Shown here piece by piece: positions 1-12,762 of a stretch of 64,000 nucleotides of DNA. Each line of letters starts with the position of its first letter. Positions within the stretch are counted from its first letter, which is position 1. Below the pieces are notes generated by a model, which was given only the letters and a program-made list of their open reading frames with translations, had not been told where the DNA came from and searched no databases. The DNA is from Blepharisma stoltei ATCC 30299 (taxonomy: Eukaryota > Protista > Ciliophora): positions 771,078-835,077 of the forward strand of contig CBFDEM010000032.1 in NCBI GenBank assembly GCA_965603825.1, given 5' to 3'. The position numbers and the translations under genes are program-made.

Positions 1-3000
1 ATTTGACAAGTTAAATTGTCCAATCATGTCTGAGCTTTCCCCTTGGTTAAAAATTATCTCAAAATGTCAGCCTTTTTTCTTATGGTGGCTATAATGGAGT
101 TCTAGAGAATTTTTTGTGTCTTTTCGGAAGCCATATTCCAGCCTTTCAATGACCCCGTTGTTTTCTAGTGTTACAATAGAGACGTTTCCAGCGACATCAT
201 GCTGGACATCAGCAGGCAAATCAAGAATTTTTCTTTTTTTCATTACTAAATTGTGGGTTTGTGACAGCTTAAAATATGACATATTTTTCATTTCTTTTTC
301 ATTTGGGTGTAAAGAAGTCCTGAAATTTGCAATGGTATCGAGAGCTGCTGTTAAATCTTTTTCTTTTTCTCTTAGATTATGGAAATATTCTTCTTGAGCT
401 GCAGTAATATGGTGTATCCCTTCTTGTAGCCTCCTTAAATACTGTTTATAGCTATGTCTATCCTTCAGTCTTTTTGACAGCTCAAATAGCAAATAATCCA
501 TCGAAAAATCCCTGCTCATCAAGTCCTGGACTTTTTCATCAGCTGCTCTCAGCTCAAATAATATTTTATAATTCGGATTTGGCGTGCTCAATATAGACTC
601 TATCGTTTTTCTAAATTTCGTCGACAATTCTTCAAGCGTAATCGCTGAAAATTTTGGGATCTGCCTTGAGGCATTTTCTATAGAAACCAAAAATTCGTCT
701 TCTTCTCTGACATGTAAGTGCTTTATAAGTGTGCTATGAGTCCTTGTAGTTATTGCTAGACTTTTCGGCATTGGCACACCACAGCCAGCACATACAGAAA
801 CTTCGTCATAGTCATACAAAAAATGGTTATTCATTTGTAGATTTATTTTAAAATTATCAGCTGATTTGGCGACTTCTGAGCCTATGTCACTCATATGGTC
901 TAAATGGTCATATAGTAAATCTCTGCCTGGAAATAGCTCAACTTGCTTTCTATATTTAATAAGGTAGATTGATAAAGTAATGATGTCGTTGACAGGGTAA
1001 TGGATAAAGGAGTCTATAACTGAAAAATGGGTGGTAAAGCTCGATATAATAAGATCGACCTCAGAAGAGTCTTCAACTTCTATACAGGTTTCCAGTGTAG
1101 AAATAAGCTGCTCATGGGAAGTCAAAATAAAAGAATTTAAGGTCGAATAATGGTCACCTATAAAACAGGTCTTGTCTACTATTTTTCTGATAATGTCTGT
1201 GATTATTGACATTGTGTCTCTTTCACCTTCTTCTATAGTCTGGGTCGTTAAACCTTCAGTTTCGGGGGTCATGATTACTGGGAGGAGCAATTGGGTTATC
1301 ATAAGCCTCAAAAGCGCTTTTTGGAACTTTAAACGGGCGTGCTCATGGCCTACTTCACGAAGCCATGCTTTATTTGCCATTTTGGAAAAAGTGTGCTTCA
1401 TAAGGATTTTTATAGGCGTTGGGAGGATGCTGGGGAAAGCTTTTATCGTGTCAATAAAATACCCTGCAGCTCGGATAGCATAGGTAATACCATCATTAAA
1501 AGCAGACTGTGCTTTTTTTTCTTTTATTACAGAATTAGCAGTTTGGCCGCTTCCTTGCCTTTGGGTAAGCCTAGAAACTTCTATAGGATCAATAACTATC
1601 CCATTATTCCCAATCGCTTTTACCATGTCTAAAAGCTCATTAGTAGGCCTATGCAAAATTTTATAAAATAAGTCACTCCCATAATCCCTGCTAAAAAAAC
1701 TCAATAAAAATTGGGCTGTCGGACATCCAGGGACCACAAATAAATCGTCAATCATATTGGCATTTTCGATTTCTCCTGCAATGACTTCTTTGCATAGAGA
1801 AATATACAGTAAAGAGTCCCTAGAAATAAGCTTCCCCATCATAGCATCTAGGTGGATATTGGAATATATAGGCCTGATACTTGTAATGAGGGTTGATATG
1901 TCACGGCTGCCACGCTGCCTCATAATATTGACCAGTCTTGAAATATAACAAGGCTGCTGCTGAAGGATCCATATCATATTTTCAATCCTCCCCAAATTAC
2001 TCGCCAAGTACTTCGGGATGTGTACAATTAAATAATCCCTCTGTGGCAGCTTCAGCTCATAAGTCCTCTGTAGGATTTTCCCTTCAATTTGGATTTTTAA
2101 GTCATGAATCCTCTCCTCAGATTCCTTACTAGTTTTAAAAGTTTTGACGATTTCTGCCAAATTTCTATGGACTTCGGCTTCTTCTCGTCTGAGCTCAGAC
2201 TCTAAACAGTCTTCTTCTTCATTTTGCAGCACCAGCATCATTTCTTTGAAGCTAGAAATCCTTACCCCAGTGTCTAGCTGTGACAGAACGAGGTCTAAAG
2301 CATTTAGTTCGTCTTGTTCATCATCAAAATTTGCTGACTCTTGTATGGCGTTTCACCTTGTTTCTAAAATTTCAGGGGTTTTTATGTTATTGGTGTTGCC
2401 AAAGCCAAGTCTGCCGCCGCTTCCGCAGCCCCAGGCGTAGATGTCACCATTTGTGGTTAGTACTAAGTTGTGGTTTATTTTTGCAGAAATGTCACATATG
2501 TTAGAAGGGAGAGGGAGCTTGAATGGCTGTGGCAAAGGCTCGTTTTCAGCTTTATTACCGAGTTTTCCGTATTTATTGAAGCCTCATATAAAGGTATCGC
2601 CTTGTTCTGTGATGGCTAATGAGTGCTCTTCTGCTGCACAAATAAGCCGAAAAGTTTTATCGTGCAAATTTCCTATCAGTTTTGGCTCAGTCAAATCGAC
2701 CCTGGAAAGGACCATTTCTTTTCGTCCTGCGCCATATAGGACTAGTTTTTCATCTAAAAATAAGGTATGTGATGCTCCACAGGAGACCATTTTATAAATT
2801 CGCTCACCTTTCCCATGGATTTGTTTAGGTGAAAAAAGGTTTTCGCTGCTCCCATTGCCAAGTTTCCCATAAAATCCTGACCCTCAGGTATAAACTGCTC
2901 CATTATGCCCAATAACTGCCATATGGCTTTGTCCTGCTGATATATAAGAAATATTCAATAAATCCCTAATTAATTTTGGGAAAACTTGATGAGGGACCCT

Positions 3001-4701
3001 ACCAAGGCCTAGCTTCCCTGAATCAGAATTCCCAAAGGTATAGACTTCTCCTATTTCTGAAAGCACAGCACTATAGTCTTCTCCACAGGCTCCTTGTATA
3101 ATTCCTTTTCCTTGTAGCATTTCTACTATTTTCGGTATAAAACAGATCCCAGCAAACCCATTTCCAAGCTGCCCAAATCTTCCATTTCCTCACGTAAGGA
3201 CTTCTCCTCTGGTCGATATTGCTAAGCTATGCTGTGAGCCACAAGCTACGGATTTTATAATATAATTATTCAAATTCTGACATATCACAGGGACCAGCTG
3301 GTCTTCTTCATTTTTTCCTACCCCAAGTGCTCCATTTCTATTCTCCCCTCATGCCCAGACAGTGCCACTTTTAGTAACAGCCAATGAGTGCTGCCCTCCA
3401 CAGGCCACTTGTATCATTTTTCAAGCATCCCTTGCAGGTGTATTCCTAATCATTAATTTTTTGGACCCTGTGATCTGGGCTATTCTTTCTATAATCCTAA
3501 CACCCCCAGTCACCCCATATATAAACTGTGGAGGAATCGCTTTTGGGAATGCCTGGTCGTCCCTGGCATCTGTGCCATGGCCAAGTCTTCCATGCCCATG
3601 ATATCCTCACGTAAACACTTCTCCAGCTGATGAAATTGCCATAGAATGCCACGGCCCAACCGCGACCTGTGTGATTTTTTTGCCTTCTAAAAACCTTATC
3701 TGCAGCGGTATCAGCATAGTCCTGATTTCTTTTAAGTCAAAAAGCCCAGTAACTCCATAATTTCCGGCACCCCATGCAAAGACTTCTCCTTGGACTGAAA
3801 TAGAAAGGCTGTGTCTGAAGCCACAAGCGACCATATACATTCTTTTACCTTGTAGTGCAGTCACAATGCTGGGGATCTGGACGTCAATTTCTGAGCCATG
3901 GCCTAGTCTTCCATATGACCCAGCTCCTCAGCTATAAACTTCTCCCAGATTGGAAACCGCTGCTGAGTGGCTGTCTCCTGCTGACACATACATAATATTT
4001 TCTCTAAATAAATATTCTATAGGTTTAGGAGTAGCCGTCCCTATAGTGTCTCCATGGCCTAAACGGCCATGTCCTCCATTCCCTCAGCTGTATACTTTAA
4101 AATCTTTTGTAGTAATTAATACATGTTTAGCGCCACAGGAAACACCAATAATAATAGTGTCACTTAAAGCTTGGACAATGGTAGGTTTACTATAAGAATC
4201 GGTGCTGCCGTGGCCTAAGTTTCCATATGTCCCGTTTCCTCAGGAGTAAAGTCTGCCACTTTCTGTGATACAGGCTGCAAAATCACGGCCGCAGCTGACC
4301 CTGCAAGCTTTTTCAGGGAGTCTTATAAGGGTTGGCTCTCTAACTTCGTTAGGAAGCTCGTCTATGTCATCATTTCCAATGCCGACTTGGCCCATATTGT
4401 TTACGCCTCATCCTATAAGCTTGCCTGCTTCATTTTTATCTTCAGGAAGCAGAGAAATCACCATTGTAAACTCAGCGCCACAGTCAATTTGGTTAGCAGA
4501 GCCTCCTATGCTTGCTATATCAATCTTTTTTGGTCTTCATATTGGCTCTGGGCCAGAATCTAATGCAAGTTTTCCGTTTTTATTGCAGCCTCACACAAAA
4601 ATTTCTCCAGCATCATTAATAGCACTAGAAAACTGATGCCCACAAGCAATCCTTTTGGGTGGTAAAAAATGCACGTTTGAGCTGTCTGCAGTCGAAATCA
4701 T
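1..4701 (-). CDS. RCC1-repeat + RasGAP/IQGAP-like (GRD + C-terminal) fusion protein, >1567 aa, runs off the left edge
   Basis: ATG at 4701 (MISTADSSNVHFLPPKRIACGHQF). ORF-track fragments 3607-3864, 2884-3120, 2584-2790, 2353-2535 and 67-2241 share one frame and are separated by TGA, mostly at the W of the RCC1 'VYTWG.G..G.LG' motif. The C-terminal half has IQGAP/RasGAP-like segments (LQQQPCYISRL, LLLPVIMTPE). The frame stays open to position 1. Confidence 0.85.
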
Positions 4702-4727
4702 TCAAATATAAGTTATTGCATTATAAA

Positions 4728-6953
4728 ATGAAATCTACTTCAAATCATTCTTCGTTTTCTGGATTCCCAGACACCAATATTGAGCTTGACCAAGTTATAA
4801 GAGAACATGGGGCTGAGCTCGATAAACAATTTGAGACTATGACTCAGAGGACAAAAACCTATACACAGGATGAAGTTCAGTCGTTGCATAAACAATACAA
4901 TGCAATTGTTGCCCAAAATAAAGAAAAAGAGAAAAAAGTAAATGAGCTAGAAAGGTTGATCGAAAGGCTAAAATTACCAAAAAAAGAGCCAAGCTTATTG
5001 ATGCACTCACGGCTAAGCTGATGCAACACTAACCGAGATTGAGCATTTTCAAACGTTGACGGCAAAGCTGAAGAAATCAGTGAAGAAATCGAAGATTTCG
5101 AATCAAAATACCAAGAAGAGCTCATATACACCAAAAACTTAACTTCAATGTACCAAGAAGAACGAGAAGCACTAATCGTTTATAAAGAAAGAGCAAAAGA
5201 AGTCGAAAAATTAATCAGCCAAATAATGAGCCAATATGAAAATGTCATGAGGGCTAAGAATATTGCAATAAGTTTCGAAATCCGAACAAATGGAGAATTA
5301 TCAAGATTTAACCAATTTTTGAAGGAAAAAAGAAATGAGTATCTGAGAAAAGTGAAAAATAAAACTTTTGAACTGAGTGTGGTAGAAACTGAAATTAATG
5401 ACATTATTGAAAGAATGGGGAAACGGTCGCTAATCCAAAAGGTAAATTTTAATTAGCAACAAATAAGCTTGACCCAGCAAGTTTTTGCATTAGCAAAAGC
5501 AGAAAAAGAAGAAAATGAGAAATCAATGATAATGAAAGAAAAGCTAAAAGAAAAAATTGAAAATTATGAGCTATTGTTTGGGCAGCTTTTAATTAAATTA
5601 GGATTAGAAGGGGATAGTTCGATACTGAAGACTGAAACTGTCAGCGAAATAATTAGCAGATATAACCATTTGTTATTTGTGGATGGGTCGTTATCGGAGA
5701 GATATTACCATTTGTCACAGTCTCATATTGTCAAGCTTGAGGAGTACCAAAACAATCTTAACGAGCTAAACCATTTTTTAGAAAATCTTCAGCCAGCTGA
5801 AAAAGAACAGTTTTCAATTTTGACAAAAAATTCAAGCAATAAAGGCATTAGTGACGACCAAATAATGGAAACTGAAAAAATGATTTTTAAGCTTTATATT
5901 CAGCTACTAAACACTTCCACACAAATATGCCAATTATTCAAGCCAATAATGCAGAACTCTGACGTCCCTCAGACTTTACAAAATATAGTCGAAATTTTTT
6001 CTGAAGCAGTGAATATTTTTAATAAAGGATTTTTAGAAAAAAGAAAGCCAAGCCAAGAAGACAAAAAAAAGCTTTCAGCTTTTTTTAAAACTGAGGTAGA
6101 AATCGCTGACAAAACCATTGACAATTTTGTGTCAAGTTTATCATTTGCTTCACTCTCCAAAGGAGAAATAAAAGAAATTTATATGAAATTGATAGGAAAT
6201 AACCATGAAGCTGAAGCTTTTGTAAAGCTGTTTCACTCATCACTTATATTAACACATTTTACTACAAAAGACTCATTGCAAAAATTTTTAGAAACTTCTG
6301 ATAAGCCATTTGATAATTTGTCAGAGCTTTTATTTTCATCTTTGTCTATTTATCAATCTCAATTTAGAATTTTAAATTCCACGCTCATGAGAATTATCAT
6401 AGATTCCAGCAAATGCGAAAAAGAACTAAATGGACAAGTTAACACCCTTCAAAATGAAAATAAAATTTCTTTAAATACTACCAAAAAGCCAGCATTGTAT
6501 CCTAAAAAAATGATCAGAAATAAAGAACAGAAATTTTCGAGACAAGAAGAATCGTTCAAGCTTTCTGATCTCCGGAATAACTCATTTTTAGACGTCAGCA
6601 AAGAAAATGAAGAAGAAAAACCTTTAACAAGGCTTGAAGTTAAGCGGCCAAGCACAGTCACTGCTAATAAAACTGCAAGAACTGCCAATACAAGAGAAGA
6701 AAGACTCCAAAACACCCTTAAAGAATTTTTAGAGCTTGAGCGGAAAATAAAAAATCTAAAAATGAACGAAAATAAAGCCCAGAACTATAAAAGTGGAATC
6801 GCGGAAAAAATCCATGGGCCTTTAAGATCAGTCAGTTTACCTCATATTTCGTCAAGAGTCAAATCGGCGCTTAATAGGGATAAAACTGCTTCAAGGCTTA
6901 AAAACCTGCTAGAGAGTACCCAAGGGTCATTTAAAACAGCTAATCTATTGTAA
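4728..6953 (+). CDS. Coiled-coil hypothetical protein, ~736 aa, one 15-nt intron
   Basis: ATG 4728, TGA=Trp readthrough at 5019 and 5040, intron 5442-5456 joins the 5148 and 5469 fragments in frame, TAA stop at 6951. Confidence 0.75.
5442..5456 (+). other. 15-nt spliceosomal intron GTAAATTTTAATTAG
   Basis: GT-AG ends, A at position 10; removal deletes the only TAG and restores the frame. Confidence 0.85.
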
Positions 6954-6997
6954 TAAAACGGCATTTATGTGGATAATCTTACCTATTCTTAATAAAA

Positions 6998-8746
6998 ATG
7001 TTAGAACAATACGAAGAAGCAGGGCTTTCCCTATTGCAGAAAGCTTGGTCTTTTAATATTTCCAAGCCAAATATTCATTATGATTTATATCTGAGCCTTC
7101 ATAATGAGTCTAAAGATTTGGTGTCAACTTTTACGGGTATAGGAAACACAAATTCCTATAATTCTTTTCTCAGTTCTTTATCAGACACAGAAAAGCCTTC
7201 TCAGCTGCAAATTGATTTTTCGCCTCAGCCAAATACCTCTTGTCCTATTTTATCAATTTTTTCAATAGACGAAAAATTACAAAAAGAATTAGATTGAACT
7301 GAGAAACCAAATTTTTGCTTGATTTTCTGGGGAAGCTGGTCAAATACATGCAAAAAATCGTTAGAAGAAATAGAAGGAATTTTAGAAAAAAATAAAGGAG
7401 AATGGGATGATATAGAAATTATTGGTATTTGTCTGGATGATAGTGCTGAAAGTGTGCCGAAACTGAAAAATGTGAAAAATTATTGAGCAAAAGGGTTTCA
7501 AGCGATAAGTGACCAAGGTCTTGAAATCAGCGAAATTCCTGCGTGTCTTTTTATTAGAAATGGGGTTATCATTGAAAAAAGAGATCCTACACAAAGCAGC
7601 TTTGAAAATGATATTAATTTTTTGAGGGGAGAAAAACCTCTGCAGCTAATCCCACACGAAGGCTTAGAAATTAGCTCCTTATCCATTATAGAAGAAAATG
7701 GAGGAAAGTCTAGTCTAAGCTTAGATTGGTCTGGATGGTATTATTTAGTTCTATTTTATGGGTGCTCAGAATCAGATTCTTTTATCAGACAGTTAAGAGA
7801 AATTCGGGACGAGCACGCACATTGGGAAGAAAAACTAAAAATTTTTGTTTTTTTTGACGAGCCAATCGTATCTAATGAAAATTATTTTGACATATTCTGC
7901 TTTGATGAAAATTCATTAGAAATTGTAAGCAAGCCAGGATTGGTCCTTTTATTGAACGAAGGAAAAATACTATGAAAAGGAAGCACACATATAGAAAATA
8001 TTGGCTCAAAGCTAAAATTCTGGCTTGACCCAGTGCCACAGTTAACAAACTCAGATTACGAGCTATCAAAAAAACAAGTAAAAAACTATATGGTGTCATG
8101 AAAAGAAAAATACCCCCACGCTCCATTTCCAAGCGTGCTGTTTACATTTTCCAAAGGGATATATTTGTTTCATTCAACACCAGAAACTCATTCAGTGACT
8201 CTTACAGGGAAATACTTGCAAAAATACAAGCATCCAATAGAAGAATTTTTCAATTATTTATCCAGCATTTTTCCAGGCGCTAAAAATTATTCCCGTTATG
8301 ATCCTGCACACCCAGAAATACAAAAAGGTATAAGCTGCTCATTTTGTAATGAAAATATTATTAAAAATCAATTTTTATGCCTGCTTTGTGAACCAAAAAT
8401 TTATTTATGCCCAAACTGCGAAAGCCAAGGGCTGCATGTCCATCCTTTATATATTTTGACTGAAAATTCATCGGAGCTTGACGAAATCAGATGAGGGTAT
8501 TGCAATGTCCTTCTCAGTGAAGACCAAGATGGGGATTTACACAAAGGCGTTTGCTGTGATGGCAAATCCTCAGGCTGCTCTCAAGAAATAAGAGGCATAA
8601 GGTGAAAATGTGCCCACTGCCCTGATTATGACCTATGCAGCCCTTGCTTTTCATCTAATGACCCTCTCCATCTAGAAAGCTCATTATCAAAAGGCCATTA
8701 TCCCTGGCATATTATGATGAAAATTCCTTTAAAAATTATTTTATAA
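6998..8746 (+). CDS. Thioredoxin/redoxin-like protein with C-terminal ZZ zinc fingers, ~582 aa
   Basis: Single frame with TGA=Trp. Redoxin-like 'LIFWGSWSNTCKK...EIIGICLD...IPACLFI'; ZZ fingers 'GISCSFC...CLLC...LCPNC' and 'HKGVCCDG...GIRWKCAHCPDYDLCSPC'; TAA at 8744. Confidence 0.8.
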
Positions 8747-8776
8747 ATCCTTTTTCCTCTAATAAATTCGTTTATA

Positions 8777-9553
8777 TTAACAAAGGATCGGAACATCGCT
8801 CTTACGCTCCATTCCATCTGAAATCGGCTGATACTCTCCACCAAGCATATCACTAATTCTTTTACTTATAACAACTCTATTTGTCTGGGATCCATCTCTC
8901 CTCTGTATTTCATTTTTAAACTTAAAAGCGCTTTTGAATTTTCTTTTTGTTTTCGCAAAATGCTCAGGTGTTAACGGGGGTAGTTTTGGCATTTTTCTTA
9001 AAGATTTTACAATTTCTGGGGTGTCACTACGGACGTAGTTTTGGGCTAACGGTTCAGGTGGGATTGATGGTGGGGACACTTCTCGGAGCTCAGGAGCCAC
9101 AGCTTCTATAGCTGGGGTACGCACCCTTGAGCTTATTTGAAAATCGGTCCCAAAACTTTCTTTATCTGTACAGGATTGAATAGAACTCGCGTCAAACGAA
9201 ATCATGCTGCCTTTCTCTTTGAAGAAATCAGCTGACAGCTCTGCATCACTTAATTCAAAAGAAGTTTTTACAAACAGCTCATGGCGGTGCCTACGGTCAG
9301 TTTCCTGGATTTTTTCACTGATATCTTCTATAGAAATTTGTGATAAATCTAAAGCATTTTCTTTATCTTTGTTTTCATTGTCATTTTCATTAGAAAGAGG
9401 CTGGCTTGACAGGTTAAAACTGATTCCATTTAAAATCGACATAGACTGGACTTCTCTGACTGCCTGGGTGTCTGAGTTATCGCTTTTTGCACAAAAAAAT
9501 ATTTTTGCTAAAAATCCCTTTAATTGTGTGCAACAGTTTAATTTGTCTTTCAT
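8777..9553 (-). CDS. Hypothetical protein, 258 aa, low complexity
   Basis: Uninterrupted ATG-TAA ORF flanked by AT-rich spacers. Confidence 0.7.
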   Translation of the reverse strand: MKDKLNCCTQLKGFLAKIFFCAKSDNSDTQAVREVQSMSILNGISFNLSSQPLSNENDNENKDKENALDLSQISIEDISEKIQETDRRHRHELFVKTSFELSDAELSADFFKEKGSMISFDASSIQSCTDKESFGTDFQISSRVRTPAIEAVAPELREVSPPSIPPEPLAQNYVRSDTPEIVKSLRKMPKLPPLTPEHFAKTKRKFKSAFKFKNEIQRRDGSQTNRVVISKRISDMLGGEYQPISDGMERKSDVPILC

Positions 9554-9615
9554 AATAATTTTAGAAGAAATTAACTATAAAGATTTATCAGAAAAATCGC
9601 TTTAGTTAGAAAGGA

Positions 9616-10503
9616 TTAAAGGAACTCAAAGAGAGGACGTCCTTCTTGGTGAATAATTTTGAAGTTTAAAAACTTCATTGGATTTTGATATTCAGGAAAT
9701 TTCGCTTCAAACTCGTCAATACCTACAAAGAACTTGTTCATTAAATCTTCAATTTCTGGGAACATCAGCTCTGAATCAGTCAAAATTTCTCTTACTATGT
9801 TCATTCTTCTGGTAGAATAAGCAGCCATAATAAAAGCTGCAATAGCTTGCTGTCTTGGGGTGTACTCTAGGGCATCATAGTAAAACTGCACAAGGTAAAG
9901 GATCAAAGTTGCGATGCCGCTTATAAGGTTGTCTCTATCATATCTGTTTTTAAGGCAGCCCACAGTGTCGAGACAAGTCTGAATGTTCACTCTGAAAGAC
10001 AAAACCTCCAAGATTTTGGCTTCCAGAGTCCGGATTTCTTCTTCGTTATAGTCTTTGAAGAGGATGTTTTCGTGGATTACTTTGAATTGCAAAGGAGAAA
10101 CTTCATCAAACTTAGAAGCGATGAACAGACAAGTGATGCCGACCAAATGAAAATTGTCTTCGGTGTAGCCGCTGGTGAGTTTGAGAAAGGTATCTAAGAG
10201 TCTCACAGTTAAAAAAAATACATTGTCACTGCACTCGAACGATGAAGTGACTTCAACAAGCCAATTGATAAGTCTGGTCCTCAGCCCAGTCGTTACTTCA
10301 TGGCTCTTTAATGACTCTTTAGTTGACAGTTCAGTTGAGTCTTTAAAATGTTTAAGCAGAATCTCTGGAAGTGTTGTATTATAAAAGTTAGGGTCTATCG
10401 ACACTAAAACAAGTCTACCATAGTTTCTCGGTTTCCTCACCCGAAGTAAAGGGAGGTTTTCCTTGTCTTGTTCATCGCTATTGTCAGAGTTAAATTCACT
10501 CAT
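9616..10503 (-). CDS. Cyclin (A/B-type cyclin box), 295 aa
   Basis: 'LRTRLINWLVEV...FFLTVRLLDTFL...FHLVGITCLFIASKFDEV...LEAKILEVLSFRV' is a canonical cyclin N-box. Confidence 0.93.
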   Translation of the reverse strand: MSEFNSDNSDEQDKENLPLLRVRKPRNYGRLVLVSIDPNFYNTTLPEILLKHFKDSTELSTKESLKSHEVTTGLRTRLINWLVEVTSSFECSDNVFFLTVRLLDTFLKLTSGYTEDNFHLVGITCLFIASKFDEVSPLQFKVIHENILFKDYNEEEIRTLEAKILEVLSFRVNIQTCLDTVGCLKNRYDRDNLISGIATLILYLVQFYYDALEYTPRQQAIAAFIMAAYSTRRMNIVREILTDSELMFPEIEDLMNKFFVGIDEFEAKFPEYQNPMKFLNFKIIHQEGRPLFEFL

Positions 10504-10740
10504 ATCTTTATAAAAACAGTGAAAATTTTTCGCTATTTATAGACTGCGATATCCTAGGAGTGACATTAGCAAAGATTTGGCTAAAATCCCTATTAGACTT
10601 TAATGAATTATTTTCTAAAAGGTCTATATAGAAATTAATAAAATTAATTTTAAATAATTTTTAGAGGAGAAATTTATTAGAATTGGGCTGGATTGAATTT
10701 TTGTGTAGGAATTAGTTTATATTAGGCCTTGTTGATAAAA

Positions 10741-11457
10741 ATGGGATGCTGTGTTAATAAAGGCGCAGACCATGGCATGAGCTTTGACAGAGGGTCATAC
10801 TTAGCTGAAGAGCTATGTAGAGAAGAAAAAATCATAATAGAAAATGAAAAACAGCTACAGTTTACACAAATCCAAAGCAAAGAAATAATAAGGTCAATCA
10901 AGTCCGAAGGACTTGATAACACTTTAAGTTTAGCTCAGCTGAAAAGGGCGTTTATTGATATTAATATCCCTGAGAGTGCATTTACAACCCCAGATGCTCC
11001 TTTGAGGAATCTTTTAGCAAAAGTAACAAATGATAAAAAATTGTATGAGCAGAGAAAATTAGTTTTGGTAGGAATTTTACTAGGAAAAGGCACACCACAA
11101 GAAAAATGTGAGTGACTATTCAGACAGTATGATGACGACGCTTCTAGTATGATGGACCAAAACGAAGTAAACCTGATGCTCAATGACTTGATCGACGTAG
11201 CTGTAAACGTTCTCCCAAACGTTTCTAAGGGAGATGGGATTGGATTTTTAACAAAAGATGAGCTCGATGCATATAGAGATACCTTGTTAAGCGGAAAAGA
11301 AAAATTTATAGAGGAAATGATTAAATTGATTATGACTGAGAGAGAAATCATGCACGTTGAATTGGCAGCAAAAATGGCTGATACTTCAAATATACTGAAT
11401 AAACTTTTATGGAGTTTTGGGATTAGGACACTATTGAAAAAGCATTCAACTCATTAG
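10741..11457 (+). CDS. N-acylated (MGCC) EF-hand-like protein, ~238 aa
   Basis: MGCC myristoyl/palmitoyl-type N-terminus; 'EKCE-W(TGA 11113)-LFRQYDDDASSMMDQNEV' resembles an NCS/calcineurin-B-type EF hand; TAG stop. Confidence 0.75.
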
Positions 11458-11656
11458 ATATGTTGATGAGGGGTACGAGATAAAGAATATAGTAAATATT
11501 ATTAAGTTTAATATGTGACTCAATAAAAGTCTTTAGGCTTTTGAGGATAATTTATATATTATTTTCTAATCAAATTATAGAATAATTTTTATTACCTAAT
11601 TAATAAGCAGGATATAAAATTTACCTTAGAGTTATTATTAATTAAAAAAACAAAAA

Positions 11657-12436
11657 TTAATGCCGACTTCTTCTCACCTTATTCGTGAATATATCCCTCG
11701 GAAATCGCAAAATTTTCATAGGAGAATAATTTTCATTTTTCGGAAAATTAGACGTTTCTTTCATTAATTCCTCAGCCTCGTTCATTCTGAACGTGAAAAG
11801 TAAATCCTCTTTTTTTGACGAATTAAATTCAAATACCCTCGCCTTTGCAGCATTTGGCGATGATTTTTCACTTATTGACCGAGTTTTTTCATTTTTTATC
11901 ATAGGAAATCTGCTTCTAGAAATTCTTGGATAAAGGTGTTTATCCGCTTCAGAGAGGTTTTTTTGTTTTTTTATATTTTCTATTGTCTGCTTTTGGTTGC
12001 TAATTTGTTTTTTTATTTCGCTTTGCTCTTCTATAAGCTTCTTACATATATCGTTTAGGTAGTGAATCCTTTTACTAGGTGTTTGGTCATGTATTGTAGT
12101 ATCATCAAAATTAAAATTTTTTAATAAAGAATTTTCGTGAGGGATAAGATGCTTATGGTCTATTTTATGTATCCCTCTATAATGTTTTAAGTGAAGCCGC
12201 TCATCAAAACTCAAGTCGTGTATATTTGATGAAGGCGGATAATGTAAATTTTCTGGAGATCCATCATGGCTTAGGTAAAGTGGATTTATGAAGGATTCAT
12301 CAATTAACTTGTTTTTAAGAGATTTTTGAATAATTTTAGAATGCCTTTTTGAAGGCGCTGAATGAGGGAAGAAAGAAGTTTCTTGGAACTGCGAGTCTTT
12401 TTTAGGTTTTGGAGTGATATTTAAGTGGTTTTTCAT
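11657..12436 (-). CDS. Hypothetical basic protein, 259 aa
   Basis: Uninterrupted ATG-TAA ORF. Confidence 0.7.
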   Translation of the reverse strand: MKNHLNITPKPKKDSQFQETSFFPHSAPSKRHSKIIQKSLKNKLIDESFINPLYLSHDGSPENLHYPPSSNIHDLSFDERLHLKHYRGIHKIDHKHLIPHENSLLKNFNFDDTTIHDQTPSKRIHYLNDICKKLIEEQSEIKKQISNQKQTIENIKKQKNLSEADKHLYPRISRSRFPMIKNEKTRSISEKSSPNAAKARVFEFNSSKKEDLLFTFRMNEAEELMKETSNFPKNENYSPMKILRFPRDIFTNKVRRSRH

Positions 12437-12762
12437 TATGATTAATTTATATTTTTAAACTCCAGTCTGAGTTATATAGGATTAAGATATCATAAAGAAA
12501 TCAAAAATGGTAAATATATAAATGTGTGAAATTTTTAGTTCTTAAAAATATATATTTATAACGTTTGTTTTTAAGCCAAAATATATTTAATAATCAAGTA
12601 TTTTAACAATAATTAATTTACTATTAATTCTTTAATAAATTCCATTAAATTCTGTCTAACGGCAAATTGTAATACAAATCCCTTACAATTTCTCTAAATT
12701 TTTTTGCTAAAATTACTATTTATTTCCTATTTCTCTAATCTTCAAAAATTATTTTCAAATAA

